A stretch of 64,000 nt of DNA from Microcoleus sp. bin38.metabat.b11b12b14.051 (GCF_013299165.1 NZ_JAAFKD010000023.1:14949-78948), one strand, 5' to 3'; counted from the first letter of the stretch, positions 38,087-48,910 are shown. The notes: a model not told the origin generated them from the sequence alone. Numbers and translations are program-made.

Positions 38087-39832
38087 GTGCCTCTTTGGGT
38101 GACGAGTACATTCCCCATGTCTTTAACCTTAGCCTTGAAAAATCAACTGCATAAAACTCCTCAAATAGGGATGAAAAGTCTGTTGGGCCGCTTGGGTATC
38201 AGGCAGAAAATCGGCTGCGGATACGCCTTTGTCGTTGGTATTGCCATTTTGGGTGCAGTGGCCGGACGGGGAGCAGAATCCTATCAAAAACAGCAAGTTA
38301 GAGAAAAACTGGCGATCGACCGAGATAAAGCCGAAATCCTGACCAATCTCAATAATACTGCCCAGGAAGTCAGAATTCACCAGCTATTGCTGCTGAATCT
38401 GACGGCAAAACCGCAAATTTTCGATCGCCAACGATCGGAGTTTCTGACTCGGGTGGCTCAGATGAGCGGGCAGCTAGAACAACTGCAAAGCCAAGCGCCG
38501 ACTTCAAATTCCGATGCTGCAAAAGATTATCAAGAGATTCAAGAATTCGCCAAAGCCAACAGCAAAACAGTAGAAGCTTACTTCCAAGAAGTCCAGAAAC
38601 TGCTGGGAAACGCCAAGTTATCTGGTTTGAATCCCAAACAGCAGCAGGTATTCCAGCAGAAATTGAATAATTTCGCCACGGGGAGCAACGCTTTTAAACT
38701 CGAACAGTTTTCGCAGGATTCCGCGACGCTGGCGGGCAACTTTCGCGACAAAGCAGAGGAGGCATTTAGAGCCTACGAGAAAGCAGAACAACTCGGAACT
38801 ATAGTTCTCGGTTGCTCTTTGCTGGTATCTGCGGCGATCGCAGCCATACTTGCAGCATACACCAGCGGGGCGATCGCCCGACCGCTCGAAGCCACCACCG
38901 CGATCGCTCAGCGAGTCACAGAAGAATCGAACTTTGACCTGCAAGTACCCGTTACCACCTCCGACGAAGTAGGAATGCTGGCAGTTTCGATCAACGAACT
39001 GATCCAAAGAGTAGCCGAATACACGGAAGACTTGCAGGAAGCAAAAATAGCAGCCGAAGCTGCTAACCGCTCGAAAAGTGCATTTCTCGCCAACATGAGC
39101 CACGAACTCCGTACCCCCCTCAACGCCATCATCAACTACAGCGAAATGCTGCAAGAAGATGCTCAAGATTCGGGTTCCGAAGACTTTCTCCCCGACTTAG
39201 AAAAAATTCAAACCGCAGGCAAACATTTGCTCGACATGATTAGCGATATCCTCGATATTTCTAAAATAGAGGCAGGTCATGTCACGCTTTATTTGGAACA
39301 CTTCGATGTAGCGACGATGATTGAAGAAGTGATGATTACAGCTCAACCGCTAGTAGAGAAAAAAGGTAATGCTTTAGCACTGCAAGTAAAAGGCGAACTT
39401 GGTATGATGTACGCCGACCAACCGAAAGTTAGGCAAATTCTCCTAAATTTGCTCAGTAATGCTGCCAAATTTACCGAAAAAGGCGTGATTACTATCGATA
39501 TCGAAAAAGTGAAAAATAAACAACCAAAACCCAAGAAAAGAAATAAAAATAATGATTTTAACTCTGGTTCAAACTACATCTCTCAATTTTTAATTTTTCG
39601 AGTCAGCGACACTGGAATTGGCATGACAGACGAGCAATTAGAGCAGATATTTAAACCTTTTACTCAAGCTGATGCTTCGACTACTAAAAAGTACGGCGGC
39701 ACGGGTTTGGGATTGACAATTAGCCAGCGTTTGTGTCAAATTTTGGGCGGCGAAATTAGCGTTGAAAGTGAAAACGGGAAAGGTTCAACTTTTATTGTCA
39801 GTCTCCCGGAACGGGTGGTGATGCAGGCTTGA
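38087..39832 (+). CDS. Membrane HAMP histidine kinase
   Basis: Two TM segments, HAMP (DEVGMLAVSINEL), FLANMSHELRTPL, NLLSNAAKFT, DTGIG, GGTGLGL; start uncertain. Confidence 0.92.
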   Translation: MPLWVTSTFPMSLTLALKNQLHKTPQIGMKSLLGRLGIRQKIGCGYAFVVGIAILGAVAGRGAESYQKQQVREKLAIDRDKAEILTNLNNTAQEVRIHQLLLLNLTAKPQIFDRQRSEFLTRVAQMSGQLEQLQSQAPTSNSDAAKDYQEIQEFAKANSKTVEAYFQEVQKLLGNAKLSGLNPKQQQVFQQKLNNFATGSNAFKLEQFSQDSATLAGNFRDKAEEAFRAYEKAEQLGTIVLGCSLLVSAAIAAILAAYTSGAIARPLEATTAIAQRVTEESNFDLQVPVTTSDEVGMLAVSINELIQRVAEYTEDLQEAKIAAEAANRSKSAFLANMSHELRTPLNAIINYSEMLQEDAQDSGSEDFLPDLEKIQTAGKHLLDMISDILDISKIEAGHVTLYLEHFDVATMIEEVMITAQPLVEKKGNALALQVKGELGMMYADQPKVRQILLNLLSNAAKFTEKGVITIDIEKVKNKQPKPKKRNKNNDFNSGSNYISQFLIFRVSDTGIGMTDEQLEQIFKPFTQADASTTKKYGGTGLGLTISQRLCQILGGEISVESENGKGSTFIVSLPERVVMQA

Positions 39833-39979
39833 CAGTTGACAGTTGACAGTTGACAGTTGTCAGTTGACAGTTGTCATTAGCCGTAGGGTGCGTCGCCATC
39901 AACAATCCCTAAAAAAATCAACAATCCCCGAGCGACGCACCGGTGCAAAATTAATCAGCAGTCATTAGTTGTTATACAC

Positions 39980-40210
39980 CAATACGGTTGACAAATAAGT
40001 AGGTAGGTGCAAATAAACCAAAGTATGTAACAAAAGGTAAAGGAATCGCAACCGCTGCGATTGCTTCGCTTCACTTCGTTTCGCTCGCAATGACAACTTA
40101 TGTTTTTTTGCACTCATCTACTTAGGCTTTTTGACGAATTTCCGATCGCGATTTTATAGGCAATACAGGCATTTTTTGCAAGCCAGATTGTTCTTAAGTC
40201 AACCGTATTG
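39980..40210. mobile_element. Nested MITEs: CAATACGGTTGAC-ended element carrying an inner TA-flanked element (39996-40124)
   Basis: Outer CAATACGGTTGAC...GTCAACCGTATTG; inner TAAGTAGGTAGGTGCAAATAAA...TTTTTTTGCACTCATCTACTTA. Confidence 0.7.
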
Positions 40211-40417
40211 GTTTATGCCTCAAGGAGTCTATGCTTTATTCATGAGGTTATTTACGTCCTCACCGATGTGGTGGTTGCTGTGTTTTTTCCCAAGTTAGAG
40301 TTCTTACATAAATCTTTGATTGATAGATCGATCGCTGATTTAAGGCAGACAAACACAGATAGACGCAGCTCATTCTAAAATAAATATGTTTGCGAATGAC
40401 TAAAATAATTCTAAGGA

Positions 40418-40624
40418 TTAATTATTGAGCAATCCTAACATTTTTTTCACTTCTGCTAAAGGTATAGAAGGCTGATTTCCATCTTCCTCTTTGGCTGCCC
40501 TCAAATCAATCAAGTCTTCTATGTCAGCAATTAATTCTTTGAGTGCTTCAAATTCTTCATAAGGTATCACGGCAAATTCTTTTTTGCCGTTTTTGGTGAT
40601 AAACTCAGGATGTAATGGAATCAT
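40418..40624 (-). CDS. Putative antitoxin (Phd/YefM-like N-terminus)
   Basis: MIPLHPEFITKNGKKEFAVIPYEEFEAL...EDLIDLRAAKEE; follows the RelE gene. Confidence 0.7.
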   Translation of the reverse strand: MIPLHPEFITKNGKKEFAVIPYEEFEALKELIADIEDLIDLRAAKEEDGNQPSIPLAEVKKMLGLLNN

Positions 40625-40643
40625 TGATATTTTCTCCAGGCGT

Positions 40644-40895
40644 TTAAGTGTAAGCATCTTTGCGATGTTTGACGCGGTAGATCACCAAAATATCTTCCTC
40701 AATTTCAAATAAAACTCGGTAATCTCCTACCCGCAGGCGATATTCTGGCGTATAGTTTGTTAAACGTTTCACATCCCCCGTCAAATTATTTTGGATCAAC
40801 TCAATTTTAGTCAGAACTCGGCTTTGTACCTCCGCGGGCAAAGATTGTAAATCTTTGATCGCTTTCGGCTTAAACTCAACTTGGTAATTCATCAA
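40644..40895 (-). CDS. relE: RelE/ParE family toxin
   Basis: YQVEFKPKAIKDL...DVKRL...EYRLRVGDYRVLF...IYRVKHRKDAY. Confidence 0.9.
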   Translation of the reverse strand: MMNYQVEFKPKAIKDLQSLPAEVQSRVLTKIELIQNNLTGDVKRLTNYTPEYRLRVGDYRVLFEIEEDILVIYRVKHRKDAYT

Positions 40896-41088
40896 AGTGC
40901 CACTTTTAGGCGGGACAGTTTACCTTTTGCCTGCGAGGGACTGCGACAAAGGACGGAAATACCTATCTACAGATACGGGAACACCGATCCGATGGCCCGC
41001 CATGAACTCCCTACAATCATAATTATACGGGCAATCAAGGATTTGCCTCTACATTATCGATCGCCTTCAAGTCAGGGAATTAAAGTTT

Positions 41089-43704
41089 ATGCAACCGAAT
41101 AATCCGAACCAATTTACGGAAAAAGCCTGGGAAGCCCTCGCGCGCACTCCAGAAGTTGTCAAAGCAGCCCAGCAGCAGCAGCTAGAAAGCGAACATTTGA
41201 TGAAAGCTTTGCTGGAACAAGAATCGGGACTTGCTAGCAGCTTGTTTAACAAGGCGAAAGTGTCTGTCGCTAAATTGCGCGATCGCACTGATGAGTTTAT
41301 CAGCCGCCAGCCGAAAATCTCTGGCGCCGGTGGCAACGTTTATCTCGGCCGTTCCCTGGATACCTTGCTAGACAGGGCTGAAGCTTATCGTAAAGACTAC
41401 GGTGATGAATTTATATCGATCGAGCATTTGATTCTAGGTTACGTTAAGGACGATCGCTTCGGCAAAAATCTCTTCCAAGAATTTAAACTAGATGAAGCCA
41501 AGCTTAAAGACATCATCGCCCAAGTTCGGGGGAACAACAAAGTGACAGATCAAAATCCAGAAGGCAAATACGAAGCGCTGGAAAAATACGGCCGAGATTT
41601 GACAGAAGCCGCGCGTCAAGGCAAACTCGATCCGGTGATCGGACGCGATGACGAAATTCGCCGCACAATTCAAATATTGAGCCGCCGTACCAAGAACAAT
41701 CCTGTACTGATTGGGGAACCGGGAGTTGGCAAAACTGCGATCGCCGAAGGACTCGCCCAACGAATTATCACCGGAGATGTGCCGCAATCTCTCAAAGACA
41801 GACAATTAATTAGCTTGGATATGGGCGCCTTAATTGCCGGTGCCAAATTCCGCGGAGAATTTGAAGAACGCTTGAAAGCCGTCCTCAAAGAAGTTATGGA
41901 CAGCAACGGTAAAGTCATCCTATTTATAGATGAAATTCACACCGTTGTTGGTGCAGGCGCTAGCCAAGGATCGATGGATGCTGGTAACTTGCTAAAACCG
42001 ATGTTGGCGAGGGGCGAATTGCGCTGTATCGGGGCTACAACTCTCGACGAATATCGCAAATATCTCGAAAAAGATGCAGCTTTAGAACGTCGCTTCCAAC
42101 AGGTATTTGTCGATCAGCCGACTGTTGAAGATACTGTCTCGATTCTGCGGGGCTTGAAAGAACGTTACGAAGTTCACCACGGTGTAAAAATCTCCGATAG
42201 CGCCCTCGTGGCGGCGGCTACTTTGTCTACTCGATATATTAGCGATCGCTTCCTTCCCGACAAGGCGATCGACTTAGTGGACGAAGCAGCGGCTAAACTT
42301 AAAATGGAGATTACCTCGAAACCAGAAGAACTAGACGAAATCGATCGCCGGATTTTGCAGTTAGAAATGGAAAGGCTGTCGCTGCAAAAAGAAAGCAATT
42401 CAGCTTCGATCGAACGATTGGAAAGACTGGAAAAAGACTTAGGCAATCTTAAGGGACAGCAAAGCGGTTTAGATGCCCAGTGGCAATCGGAAAAAGGTGT
42501 CATCGGCAGTATTCAAAGAATCAAAGAACAGATTGACAAGGTGAATATTGAAATTCAACAAGCTGAATTAAAATATGACCTCAACCGCGCTGCCGAGTTG
42601 AAATACGGCACTTCAACTCAATTGAAAAAACAATTGGAAGAAGCAGAAGCTCAACTTTCAGCCAATCAAACCACAGGTAAAACTTTACTGCGGGAAGAAG
42701 TCACGGAATCTGACATTGCCGAGATTATTTCTAAGTGGACGGGAATCCCGATTAGCAAGTTAGTTGAATCGGAAATGCAGAAACTTCTGTACTTGGAAGA
42801 TGAACTGCACAAGCGGGTAATTGGACAGGATGAAGCGGTGACGGCGGTTGCAGATGCTATTCAGCGATCGCGCGCGGGATTGGCAGATCCGAACCGTCCC
42901 GTGGCGAGTTTCATCTTCCTGGGCCCCACGGGCGTAGGTAAAACCGAGTTGGCGAAAGCATTAGCATCATACCTGTTCGATACCGAAGAGGCGATCGTCC
43001 GCATTGATATGTCGGAATACATGGAGAAACACGCAGTTTCGCGCTTAATCGGTGCGCCTCCGGGATACGTCGGCTACGACGAAGGCGGACAATTAACTGA
43101 GGCTGTGCGCCGCCGCCCGTATTCGGTAATTCTATTCGATGAAATCGAGAAAGCGCACCCGGATGTCTTCAACATTATGCTGCAAATTCTGGATGACGGC
43201 CGCGTTACCGATGCTCAAGGTCACAGGGTAGATTTTAAGAATTCTGTGATTATTATGACATCGAATGTCGGCTCTCAATACATCTTGGATGTGGCGGGAG
43301 ATAACGAACAAATGCGTAGTCGGGTGATGGAGGCGATGCGGGGAACTTTCCGCCCGGAATTCTTGAACCGGATTGATGAGATGATTATCTTCCACGGTTT
43401 AAGCAAGCCGGAATTGCGCCAGATCGTGTTGTTGCAAGTCAAGCGCTTGGAAAAACGGTTAGCCGATCGCAAAATGTCTCTGAAATTGTCGGAATCTGCG
43501 ATCGACTTCTTAGTAGAAATCGGTTACGATCCCGTCTACGGCGCGCGGCCTTTGAAGCGGGGAATCCAACGCGAGTTGGAAACGCAAATGGCTAAGGGTA
43601 TCTTGCGGGGAGATTTTGCTAACGGTGATACCATTTTTGTGGATATCGAAAATGAAAGGTTGGCATTTAAGCGGCTACCAGCGCAGTTGGTGACTGCTAA
43701 ATAG
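41089..43704 (+). CDS. clpB: ATP-dependent chaperone ClpB
   Basis: Clp-N repeats, GEPGVGKT, coiled-coil M domain, [17 protein letters not shown]. Confidence 0.97.
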   Translation: MQPNNPNQFTEKAWEALARTPEVVKAAQQQQLESEHLMKALLEQESGLASSLFNKAKVSVAKLRDRTDEFISRQPKISGAGGNVYLGRSLDTLLDRAEAYRKDYGDEFISIEHLILGYVKDDRFGKNLFQEFKLDEAKLKDIIAQVRGNNKVTDQNPEGKYEALEKYGRDLTEAARQGKLDPVIGRDDEIRRTIQILSRRTKNNPVLIGEPGVGKTAIAEGLAQRIITGDVPQSLKDRQLISLDMGALIAGAKFRGEFEERLKAVLKEVMDSNGKVILFIDEIHTVVGAGASQGSMDAGNLLKPMLARGELRCIGATTLDEYRKYLEKDAALERRFQQVFVDQPTVEDTVSILRGLKERYEVHHGVKISDSALVAAATLSTRYISDRFLPDKAIDLVDEAAAKLKMEITSKPEELDEIDRRILQLEMERLSLQKESNSASIERLERLEKDLGNLKGQQSGLDAQWQSEKGVIGSIQRIKEQIDKVNIEIQQAELKYDLNRAAELKYGTSTQLKKQLEEAEAQLSANQTTGKTLLREEVTESDIAEIISKWTGIPISKLVESEMQKLLYLEDELHKRVIGQDEAVTAVADAIQRSRAGLADPNRPVASFIFLGPTGVGKTELAKALASYLFDTEEAIVRIDMSEYMEKHAVSRLIGAPPGYVGYDEGGQLTEAVRRRPYSVILFDEIEKAHPDVFNIMLQILDDGRVTDAQGHRVDFKNSVIIMTSNVGSQYILDVAGDNEQMRSRVMEAMRGTFRPEFLNRIDEMIIFHGLSKPELRQIVLLQVKRLEKRLADRKMSLKLSESAIDFLVEIGYDPVYGARPLKRGIQRELETQMAKGILRGDFANGDTIFVDIENERLAFKRLPAQLVTAK

Positions 43705-43981
43705 TTTCGTTGGGGTGGGCTGCGGCCCACCTTGTTTTTTTGATGGGCGATATTTCTTTTTTTTACCGCAGATGTAGGCTGATAGACGCGGATGGACGCG
43801 GATGGGATTGGGGGCGATGGCGATCGGGCGATCGCTCTTTTTGTGATCATCCATACCATGTTAGCCAAATCATAATTTACAATGGGTGGAGCCTAGACGG
43901 AAATTCTCCGAACAGGACTTGATCGAGCCTAGCCTGTGGTAAAATTATTAGATATATAACACTCACTCGTTACTTAAAAAT

Positions 43982-44622
43982 ATGCGATCGAAACTAGAAG
44001 AAATTACGCTTCAAGACAGAAATACTGCTGAAATGGAAATTCGCGACAAGCAGCAGGAAATTAATTACGATACGAGAGAGTATCCACTCGAAATACTCGT
44101 TCAAAAATATATGGAAGGAATTAACGATGATACTAATAAGTTGTTTATTCCAAAGTACCAACGTGAACTTATTTGGGATGAAGCAAGGCAATCCAAGTTT
44201 ATCGAATCGGTAATTTTGGGGCTACCAATACCTTATCTATTCGTTGTTGATATCGGTCATGATGAAAATGACGAAGCACGTTTAGAGATCGTAGACGGTG
44301 CACAACGTATTCTTACCCTAACTAGATTTGTCAACAACGAATTAACCTTAAGTGGACTCAAAAAATTAGAGCATTTGAATGGATTTAAGTTTAGTGATTT
44401 ACTCCTGCCTCGCCAGAGGAACTTCAACCGAAAGACTGTTCGGACGATCCAACTAACCCAAGCCGCAAAGGAGGAAGTCCGAAGAGATTTATTTGAACGG
44501 ATACAATCATTTTAATGGCAAAGTAAATACACTTTCAATAATGCACCAAATCTAATGCAACCAGTTTTAGGAATAAACTAATTATGCGTATTAAATATGT
44601 CCGCGATCGACTGCTAGAATAA
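43982..44622 (+). pseudogene. DUF262 gene with apparent internal deletion
   Basis: N-terminal DUF262 (PKYQRELIWD, IVDGAQR, DLFERI) stops at 44515; an out-of-frame tail TKSNATSFRNKLIMRIKYVRDRLLE* (44542-44622) ends 2 nt before the HEPN ATG. Confidence 0.7.
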
Positions 44623-44624
44623 TC

Positions 44625-45317
44625 ATGGAAACTGTACTCTTAGACTTTAATAAACGCGCCAAAGAGGTGCATGATTACTTCATTTTTATGGAGAGCTTAG
44701 AAAAACAGACAACGAAGTTAGCTTTCCTCGATACTCCAGGCCAGTATCAAATTCAAAGCCTCGATCCAGAGTTAGCAAAAACTCTCAAAGCTAATGGTTT
44801 TTTGTTACTGTATAACTTAGTTGAATCCACTATGCGAAATGCGATTGAAGCCATATTTGAGGAGTTCAAAAATAAAGCAGTCTCCTTTGACCAACTCAAG
44901 CCCAAACTCAAAATGATTGTCCTCCAAAATCTTAAAAACCGTTCTCCTAATAAAATTTATTTAACAATCAACCAAATCTCTACAGATATCATCACAGCTA
45001 CATTTGAACGCGAAGAACTGTTTTCAGGGAATGTGGATGCTAGGTTGATTAAAGAAATAGCAGAAAAATATGGTTTTTCATATAAAACAGACTTTGCGAA
45101 GACAAAAAACGGGCAAAACATATTAGTTGTTAAAAGCAACAGGAATGACTTAGCACACGGGATTAAGTCTTTTGAGGAAGTGGGGCAAGATAAGACGATT
45201 GAGGAACTATTAGAAATTAAGAAAGAAGTCATAGAGTATTTACGTCAAATACTGGAGAATATTAAAACTTATCTGGATAATCAAGAGTATTTGGACGTAA
45301 CTACAAATAATCCTTAA
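44625..45317 (+). CDS. HEPN RNase, MAE_28990/MAE_18760-like
   Basis: KANGFLLLYNLVESTMR, FSGNVDAR, Rx4H motif in NRNDLAHG. Confidence 0.88.
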   Translation: METVLLDFNKRAKEVHDYFIFMESLEKQTTKLAFLDTPGQYQIQSLDPELAKTLKANGFLLLYNLVESTMRNAIEAIFEEFKNKAVSFDQLKPKLKMIVLQNLKNRSPNKIYLTINQISTDIITATFEREELFSGNVDARLIKEIAEKYGFSYKTDFAKTKNGQNILVVKSNRNDLAHGIKSFEEVGQDKTIEELLEIKKEVIEYLRQILENIKTYLDNQEYLDVTTNNP

Positions 45318-45320
45318 TTT

Positions 45321-45647
45321 GAGGCTAAGAAACCTGGTTTCTCGGATAATTTAGGTTGGGTGGCGAAATATCTGGGAAGAAACCCGGTTTCTGGGAATCG
45401 CACTGGGGCTAAGAAACCTGGTTTCTCTGATAATTTAGGTTGGGTGGCGAGATATCTGGGAAGAAACCCGGTTTCTGGGAATCACGCTGGGGCTAAGAAA
45501 CCTGGTTTCTCGGATAATTTAGGTTGGGTGGCGAAATATCTCCGAAGAAACTCGGTTTCTGGGAATCGCACTGGGGCTAAGAAACCGGGTTTCTCGGGTA
45601 ATTTAGGTTTGGTGGCGAGATATCTCGCAAGAAACCCGGTTTCTGGG
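45321..45647. repeat. Four tandem 84-bp units with paired AGAAACC(T/C/G)GGTTTCT palindromes
   Basis: GCTAAGAAACC recurs every 84 nt (45324, 45408, ...); single related copies occur near 11286, 21232 and 52305. Confidence 0.92.
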
Positions 45648-45659
45648 ATGATGCGAAGG

Positions 45660-46322
45660 CTAATTCCGCACCATCACGGACTTAATTACAGCATTCGGCT
45701 GATACTTATTAGTCTCATAAAATCCACCTTTTCCAGTACCGTAAACCCCAGCAAATTGTTTTCCCTCAGCCTTGGGAACAAACATAATTTTTCGCGTCGG
45801 TTGTTTGGCAAAGACTACATTTTCTCTCGATTCATTGTCTGTGTTATAAGATAATGTAGGTTTGCCGTAAATTGCCTCGGCTTGTTTCAATGTCATTCCC
45901 GGCCCGACGCCTTGAAGTGTTTTATAATTAGGATTGTCAGTCATCAAAAGTTCAATAACATCGGTATCTTTGAGCTTGGTACCGGCTGCGTAGATAATCC
46001 GATACTGCACTTTTCCCGATCGACTAATCGCCACTGCATCGAAGTCTACCATAAAACGAGACTCTACCTTAAACTGGGCTGTGGAACCTAGAGCCTGCTT
46101 TAGTTGTCCGAAAGTCATCCCGATTTTTGCTTCGCCGATCGCGCGATCGCCAATTGCTACACTTGCAGGGGAAGGTTTTGTCGCAGTATTGGCGATGTCC
46201 CCCTGCTTATTTGCACCCACAGGCGCCACAGCAGCGCCGGGAGTCGAGATTAAAGTGACGTGACTGCCGATCGCCAGCAAAGCAGCTATCATTGATCCAG
46301 ACAAGATTTTTATATTCAACAT
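45660..46322 (-). CDS. Secreted hypothetical protein
   Basis: Signal-like N-terminus; IGEAKIGMTFGQL...GVGPGMTL...AIYGKP repeat-like halves; start could be 46292. Confidence 0.65.
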   Translation of the reverse strand: MLNIKILSGSMIAALLAIGSHVTLISTPGAAVAPVGANKQGDIANTATKPSPASVAIGDRAIGEAKIGMTFGQLKQALGSTAQFKVESRFMVDFDAVAISRSGKVQYRIIYAAGTKLKDTDVIELLMTDNPNYKTLQGVGPGMTLKQAEAIYGKPTLSYNTDNESRENVVFAKQPTRKIMFVPKAEGKQFAGVYGTGKGGFYETNKYQPNAVIKSVMVRN

Positions 46323-46509
46323 GACTAATTCTCCTCGATTTCAATTTAGACCATCAACCAGCATTTTCTTGACTGTCCTAGGGATAACTTTATTAGTTTG
46401 GATTCTCAGAGGCGTTGGCCTCTTAACTTTTATTCCCGGCGGTATTATTTGGATACTAATTTTGCTGTCTTTTGTTGCGGGTATACTCAGCACTTTACTG
46501 CGCCGATAA
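46321..46509 (+). CDS. Small two-TM membrane protein
   Basis: LGITLLVWILRGVGLLTFIPGGIIWILILL pattern, which I recall from conserved cyanobacterial small proteins. Confidence 0.6.
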   Translation: MTNSPRFQFRPSTSIFLTVLGITLLVWILRGVGLLTFIPGGIIWILILLSFVAGILSTLLRR

Positions 46510-46737
46510 TCGGACATCCGGGATCTTGACAAAATTTAACAGTTTAGTTTGCTATTTGTTTCAGATTACTGCTGATTTTTTTTTAAATAGTTTAATTAAG
46601 AATATCGCTTTGACAAAAAGTCACTACACAATAAATATTATGTTTGTTAAAATACGATTGCGCTCGGGTGCTGATATGTTAACTTGTCGGTAAGTAGCTA
46701 GATATTTTTCGTGGCGACACATCCTACAACTAATAAT

Positions 46738-46870
46738 AACAAATGACAAATGACCAATGACAAATGACCAATGACCACCCTTCGACTTCGCTCTTCGGGC
46801 GAGATGACAAATGACCAATGACAAATGACCAATGACCAATGACTAATGACCAATGACCAATGACTAATGA
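46738..46870. repeat. (ACAAATG/ACCAATG/ACTAATG)n STRR with embedded CCCTTCGACTTCGCTC element
   Basis: Direct reading. Confidence 0.88.
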
Positions 46871-46878
46871 CTTCTCAA

Positions 46879-47928
46879 TTACCATTTTGTTAATTGTTTC
46901 ATTGCCTTTCCCACAGTCACGTTTAACTGAGCTCCGAGCAACATCGCCAAACAAGAAAGATAGAGCCACAGCAGCAATACAATAAAAGTGCCGATCGTGC
47001 CGTAAGTCCAACTAAAATTGCTTAAATGCAAAACATAATACCGAAATAAAGCCGAAAGCAGCGCCCACAAAATAGCAGCAAACACAGCTCCCGAGAAAAT
47101 CGGAATTTCTCGTTGGTGACGGCTCGGCCCGTAGCGGTAGACAAAGGCAAAGGCAACTGATACAATTCCCAAAGAAATTGGCCACCGCCAAAGCCGCCAA
47201 ATAGCTAACAGTTCCGACTCTAAAGGGCAATTCTCAGCGGGTAGCAAGCAATTTTTGACATCTTTTAAATCGCAAGTGGCGACGGACTCGATCAGGCAAC
47301 TTTGGCGGGCAACAGCTTGCACAATTAAGTCGCTGACAAATACAGCTCCCGATGCTAGAATTAGTAGCACGATTGTACCGATACTCAGCCCCAATGAAAT
47401 AAGTTTTGCTTTCACAAAAGAGCGAGTTCGATCGCTCGGGATTTGATGGATGCGATCCATCGCAGCCATCGCCGCGCTCATGACTCCAGAAAATGCCCAC
47501 AGCGACGCCACAAAGCTCAGGGAAAACAGCCCTTTATTGCGAGTTAACAGAATTTCTTTGATTAAGCCGCGAATCAAATTGCGAACGTCATCGGGTATCA
47601 CTTCCCCCAAAAGACCGGCGATTTGATACAGTGTTGACTGCAAAGGTTCAAACAGGGCGATCGCCGACAAGACAGCTAACAGCCCCGGAAATAAGGCCAG
47701 CATAGAATTGTAGGCCATTTCCGCCGACAGCCCCGGCAAGCGCTGCTCTCCCGCTTTCACCCCGACTTCCTTGAGCGTGCTCCAAGTCAAGCACCGACAA
47801 AATAGCCCAAAATCACCAAATTTCCTTTTGATAGCTCTCAGCAGCCTCAAAAGTGCCTTGAACAAGGCTAAAATCAGGTATCGCAACCAGTAATAAATGT
47901 TCATAACGCACAAATAACTAATAACCAA
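46879..47928 (-). CDS. YihY/BrkB family membrane protein
   Basis: AEMAYNSMLALFPGLL, FAFVYRYGP, YGTIGTFIVLLLWLYLS...LLGAQLN. Confidence 0.9.
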   Translation of the reverse strand: MVISYLCVMNIYYWLRYLILALFKALLRLLRAIKRKFGDFGLFCRCLTWSTLKEVGVKAGEQRLPGLSAEMAYNSMLALFPGLLAVLSAIALFEPLQSTLYQIAGLLGEVIPDDVRNLIRGLIKEILLTRNKGLFSLSFVASLWAFSGVMSAAMAAMDRIHQIPSDRTRSFVKAKLISLGLSIGTIVLLILASGAVFVSDLIVQAVARQSCLIESVATCDLKDVKNCLLPAENCPLESELLAIWRLWRWPISLGIVSVAFAFVYRYGPSRHQREIPIFSGAVFAAILWALLSALFRYYVLHLSNFSWTYGTIGTFIVLLLWLYLSCLAMLLGAQLNVTVGKAMKQLTKW

Positions 47929-48075
47929 TGACTAATGACAAGGTTCGCCAGCGGGGACAGCACTAATGACTAATGACAAAGTTCGCGAGCGGGGACAGCA
48001 CTAATGACTAATGACAAATGACAAATGACCAATGACCAATGACCAATCTAAAATCTAAAATCTAAAATCTAAAAT
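47915..48075. repeat. Composite STRR array (ACTAATG, ACCAATG, AATCTAA) with two GTTCGC(C/G)AGCGGGGACAGC inserts
   Basis: Direct reading. Confidence 0.82.
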
Positions 48076-48082
48076 CAATAAT

Positions 48083-48730
48083 ATGTCTCAAGATATCAGA
48101 CAGTGGTTAGATGAAATTAAGCGATTGCAACAGCAGTTAACAGAGGTTTCACGCGATCGCGATGACGCTGGTGAAAGTGCAGCTCAATGGCGACAACTAT
48201 ATAATACCGAAGCCGAGCAGCGCCGGAATGATGCTAAGTTAAATCAGCAAACCATCGATGGTTTGTCAGCACAGATAGAGGATTTCCAGAATTTCTACCC
48301 GATTGAGTCTGAAGCCGATGATGCTGGAGTTGCTCGTCAGCGGGAAGTCGAACAACTGCATACAGTTGACGAACTTAAAACTAAGTTAGCAGAAGTTCTC
48401 GAAGAGCGCGATCGCGCGATCGAACAAATCAAACAACTGACTCAAGCCCTGAAACAAGAAGAAGCCCGTCACGCCGAGACTAGCACAAATTTAACCACCG
48501 CCCTCGCAGACGCCGTTGACTTGCTAACTAAAGCACAAACTGTTCCTACTACAAAAATGGAACCACTACCAGCACCAGCATATTCTGTGGAAATTGTACC
48601 TACTCGCACCGCAAATCCGGGCGAAACTGCGATCGAAATCCGCCAAAATCCCGCCCAAACAAGCCGAAATCCCGCCCAGCTTCCACCTTCTAAAAACCAG
48701 TTACTCGATTTACCACCGTTTGGGAATTAG
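48083..48730 (+). CDS. Coiled-coil hypothetical protein
   Basis: MSQDIRQWLDEIKRL...WRQLYNTEAEQRR...LKQEE..HAET..NLTTALADAVDLL; Pro-rich tail. Confidence 0.7.
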   Translation: MSQDIRQWLDEIKRLQQQLTEVSRDRDDAGESAAQWRQLYNTEAEQRRNDAKLNQQTIDGLSAQIEDFQNFYPIESEADDAGVARQREVEQLHTVDELKTKLAEVLEERDRAIEQIKQLTQALKQEEARHAETSTNLTTALADAVDLLTKAQTVPTTKMEPLPAPAYSVEIVPTRTANPGETAIEIRQNPAQTSRNPAQLPPSKNQLLDLPPFGN

Positions 48731-48750
48731 GATTTATATCATCTCCGGTG

Positions 48751-48910
48751 GATTAACATAACAAAAACGGTTCGTAGTGCGGACTTCAGTCCGTAGCTTT
48801 TTGCGGACTAAAGTCCTCACTACAAACGATCGATTAACATAATAAAAAAAGGTTCGTAGTACGGACTTCAGTCCGTAGCTTTTTGCGGACTGAAGTCCTC
48901 ACTACAAGCG
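48751..48910. repeat. Two tandem 81-bp copies with REP-like hairpin
   Basis: GATTAACATAA...GGTTCGTAGT(G/A)CGGACTTCAGTCCG...CGGACT(A/G)AAGTCCTCACTACAA at 48751 and 48832. Confidence 0.85.

Noticed and set aside
40895-41089. CIRCE operator upstream of clpB
   Set aside because: No TTAGCACTC-N9-GAGTGCTAA match was seen.
45321-45647. Possible CRISPR array, or a real 164-aa repeat protein (45360-45854)
   Set aside because: The whole 84-bp unit is duplicated with no unique spacers; the ORF is a by-product of the unit length being a multiple of 3.
46624-47011. ORFs with VIGHWSLVIGH repeats
   Set aside because: These are read-throughs of heptamer STRR arrays.
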